DNA of 37,473 nucleotides from a virus. Its lineage: Duplodnaviria > Caudoviricetes. Position numbers and translations under genes: made by a program. Of this stretch, positions 34,833 to 37,473 are shown one piece after another; the first letter of the stretch is position 1, and the number at the start of each line of letters is the position of its first letter. The stretch spans positions 1-37,473 of the IMG/VR virus record IMGVR_UViG_3300020043_002771; one strand, written 5' to 3'. Below the pieces are notes generated by a model. The model was not told where the DNA came from and made no database searches. It saw only the letters and a list, made by a program, of their open reading frames with translations.

Positions 34833-36041
34833 CTAATAAATAAAATACTTTCCTTTGTTTGGATTATCTAAATTGTAGATCACATTGTAACGAATTGCAT
34901 CGATTATGTGATTCCAATTATCAACGTACAACTTTGATGCTTTGTTTAAATAACAATAGTTGTTAAATTCTTTTGCAATATTTGAGCTATTATTTTCTAC
35001 TATAATTTCATAGTCCTGCATTCTTATTATACCGCTTTCAATAGTTCCCTTTTTAACCGCTTGGATATTTACGCCCGTATGTTTTAAATCGTCAATCAAT
35101 CGAGGCTCTGCACTATCGGCAATTATTAATTTACCGTTTGTTTTAAGTTTTAACAGTTCCGCTAATACGTGCGTTTTAAGACCACGTTCATAAATATGTT
35201 CCTTAACGTATATAATCTTTTTATCTTTATCAATAGCAACCTCAGCGAGGGCGTCAGGGTCAATACTAAATCCAAAGTCCATACCGAAAGATGACTGTAA
35301 CCCATTAGGATTAAACTCTCCGAACTTCCAATTCGTAAATACAACCCCCTCAGCTTTGTTTAACCAACCCCCAAGTATAACGTGTTCGTATTTCTTTGGA
35401 TTGTTCTCTTTAATCTTTAAAATTTCAGCAAGGAAACTTTCGTCTAAATTCTCTTCATTATCTAAGTAGGTCGTGTGTATGTAGGTAGTGTTACCTTTGA
35501 TTCCATTAAAGCCCTCAGCAACGCCCTCACTTTCAAAGAAACGTTTATAAATCCAATGCGTTTTAACAGTTGGATTTAAAATTAATATGATTCTATTTTG
35601 TACGCCCTTTTGTCTTATTGAAAGGTTTATTTTATCGAATATAGCTTCGTCAATCAATTCTTCCGCTTCGTCCAAAATCCAAGTGGTTACACCCTGCAAT
35701 GATTTTAAGTTCGCTGTTTGGTCACCGCTTGAGGTTTTAATCCCTTTGAATATTATATCAGTCCCTGATTTTTTATTATGAATTTCGCTTTTGTTAATAT
35801 CAAAAATATCGTTTGCCTCAAGTAAATCTATTTTCTCTTGAAACTCAGGTATAATTGATAAATGTGCTGAGGTCATCGTTTGTCTTGTAAACAAAATCTT
35901 ATGACCGCTTTGAAACGACAAAGTTGAAGCCATTGCCCCAACTTCAAAAGATTTACCACTACCACGTCCACCCGTAACAATAAAGTACCGGGTGGCATTT
36001 TCATAAAGTGGTATGTATTTTTTATTTAAAGTTAATGACAT
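34833..36041 (-). CDS. terL: Terminase large subunit (module B, PBSX/XtmB family)
   Basis: GGRGSGKS, LDEAEE, LNP, GMDFGFSIDP, DSAEPR and NHIIDAIRY motifs. Confidence 0.93.
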   Translation of the reverse strand: MSLTLNKKYIPLYENATRYFIVTGGRGSGKSFEVGAMASTLSFQSGHKILFTRQTMTSAHLSIIPEFQEKIDLLEANDIFDINKSEIHNKKSGTDIIFKGIKTSSGDQTANLKSLQGVTTWILDEAEELIDEAIFDKINLSIRQKGVQNRIILILNPTVKTHWIYKRFFESEGVAEGFNGIKGNTTYIHTTYLDNEENLDESFLAEILKIKENNPKKYEHVILGGWLNKAEGVVFTNWKFGEFNPNGLQSSFGMDFGFSIDPDALAEVAIDKDKKIIYVKEHIYERGLKTHVLAELLKLKTNGKLIIADSAEPRLIDDLKHTGVNIQAVKKGTIESGIIRMQDYEIIVENNSSNIAKEFNNYCYLNKASKLYVDNWNHIIDAIRYNVIYNLDNPNKGKYFIY

Positions 36042-36291
36042 CTTTTAAATCGAAATCGTTAACTGTTAAATTAGTCGTTTGGTCAATCACTTGTTTAGGC
36101 ATACCATAACGATACTGTAACCACGTTTTAATTGCATTAACGTCCTTTTGTTCTATTTTTAAAGCGAGTGCGCTCCAAACTTCCTCAGGCACTAAAATAG
36201 CATCCATAGTATCAATTAAAGAAATCAATTCATCTTTCTTTAAACGCCCTGAATTTGCTCTTGCACCCCCGTTATTTTTTCTTTTATCCAT
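36022..36291 (-). CDS. terS: Probable terminase small subunit (module B)
   Basis: MDKRKNNGGAR.NSGR and WLQYRYGMPKQ motifs. Overlaps terL. Confidence 0.7.
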   Translation of the reverse strand: MDKRKNNGGARANSGRLKKDELISLIDTMDAILVPEEVWSALALKIEQKDVNAIKTWLQYRYGMPKQVIDQTTNLTVNDFDLKDVINFK

Positions 36292-36469
36292 AATTGATAT
36301 AATTTGAAATCCAATTTATTTTTTACTAACTAATTCAGCGATTTTATTATTTAAATATTGTTTTTCTTTTATTAATTCATTAATTTGATTTTGCTGAGAA
36401 TCGTTAATCATATAAATCTGTTTAATTAACCTCGCTATAATTTCTTTTTTTTTCATAATATTTTTTTAG

Positions 36470-36539
36470 TAGCGTAGCGTGGAATCGAACCACCTCCCTA
36501 GCTTATGAGACTAAGATGCAACCTTTACACTTTAACGCA
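36470..36539 (-). tRNA. Degenerate tRNA with a CAT anticodon (Met/Ile2-type, possibly a pseudogene)
   Basis: D arm GTGT/GCAT, anticodon arm TTAGT-CTCATAA-GCTAG, T arm GTGG-TTCGATT-CCAC. Several acceptor mismatches and no encoded CCA. Confidence 0.6.
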
Positions 36540-36870
36540 ATATTTTAATAATAATAATTTACAATTGAAACTCCTAAAACTGTTTTAACTTTATGCTTTA
36601 ATTCCTTGCATAACTTTTTATAATTTTCTTTACTCAAAATTATAGCTTTTGGATTATTAAATCTGTTAGCGTGTAATTGTTGTATTAATAAATCATACTT
36701 TGGTCTAAATACTTGTTTCATATTTTTTATTTTTAAAAATTGTCAGCCTTTCCCACCTGTTCTTACTAACTTGCTAATTATACTTTTATTTGTTTAGCTC
36801 CCGATACCACGATACTGTAAAGTGTACCTGCATTCCCTTTAGTTCTCTTTACTTTCTAAAGCCAGTATTT

Positions 36871-37236
36871 TTATACATACGTTTCAAAAACCCTTTTTAA
36901 ATTAGCAACGTAATCCCTCCAGCAACTTTCGCATCCTTCAATTTCTAAATTGATACCAAATGTATTAATATAGATTTGATTTAAGTCACGCTTTAGAATA
37001 GGCGTTAATTGTTGGTTCGTTTCAAAGAACGCTTTTAATTCTTTATAATCGTATTCGTCCAAACAATTAACATTTTTAAAGTTTGGGAACTTTGCATTTA
37101 ATAATTCTTTGCGTTTGTCGCATCCGCAATCAAAACCTGTCAAACTATTGAAAAGTTCAACTACTTTTTTAATTCCTACAACTTCAGCAACTACTTCTAT
37201 TTCGTCGCCCAATCCTTTAATTATTTTCTTTGCCAT
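36871..37236 (-). CDS. Conserved Cys-rich phage protein (module B)
   Basis: GLGD, DCGCDKRKE.LN..FP and CESC motifs. Paralog of 5138-5512. Confidence 0.75.
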   Translation of the reverse strand: MAKKIIKGLGDEIEVVAEVVGIKKVVELFNSLTGFDCGCDKRKELLNAKFPNFKNVNCLDEYDYKELKAFFETNQQLTPILKRDLNQIYINTFGINLEIEGCESCWRDYVANLKRVFETYV

Positions 37237-37473
37237 ATTGTATTAATTTTAATTTGCATTTTTTAAGTGTTCTATAAACCATTCCGTAATCGTAATGGTA
37301 TTTAATAGCGAACTTTCGTAGGCTTGTTTTCTCTTCTATGTATCTAAGATAAAAAAGTTTCTCAAACCAAGTCCACGTATCTATAAATGTTAAGATATCT
37401 GAAACATCAATTTTTTGCGGTTCTTGAATAGAAATTATATTATCTATTATTTCAACGTTATTTTTTTTTGAAT
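37217..37473 (-). CDS. 3' part of a sigma-factor-like gene (module B, cut by the window edge)
   Basis: Hand-translated ...TWTWFEKLFYLRYIEEKTSLRKFAIKYHYDYGMVYRTLKK..., aligning with TWYERTMFEL...RELSRQTG of 5493-5921. Same overlap geometry with the next gene. Confidence 0.65.
   Translation of the reverse strand, partial: SKKNNVEIIDNIISIQEPQKIDVSDILTFIDTWTWFEKLFYLRYIEEKTSLRKFAIKYHYDYGMVYRTLKKCKLKLIQYGKENN

Noticed and set aside
1447-35781. The plus-strand ORFs in the track (e.g. 7269-7583, 20056-20442, 25692-26078, 28097-28450)
   Set aside because: They are antisense shadows of well-supported minus-strand genes, with no recognisable motifs.

Overview
Tailed (siphovirus-like) phage DNA, almost certainly infecting Bacteroidota/Flavobacteria: TAnnTTTG promoters, AT-rich leaders without Shine-Dalgarno sites, and Flavobacterium/Cellulophaga-phage-like genes. 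Essentially all real genes are on the minus strand. A complete-looking, circularly permuted genome unit of exactly 31,500 bp (about 121-31620) holds early genes, SSB, an AT-rich iteron origin, a prim-pol/DUF3987 primase-helicase, an SNF2-like helicase, two DNA methyltransferases, VRR-NUC, a phage sigma factor, terminase, tail and head genes and a lysis cassette. I see no integrase or repressor. The window then continues (31621-37473) into a second, syntenic but highly divergent copy of the sigma/terminase/chaperone/neck/tail module carrying a different terminase subfamily. The first 121 bp are an inverted variant copy of the lysis region, probably a chimeric join. The most interesting signals are non-coding: three aberrant tRNA-like RNAs (one with no anticodon arm), a kissing-loop leader with a loop-E motif before the primase, a related leader before the large tRNA-like RNA, an H-type pseudoknot before ssb, a fixed-spacing late promoter, and a -1 frameshift conserved in both chaperone paralogs. 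All family calls come from reading motifs by eye, identities are hand counts, and no searches were run.
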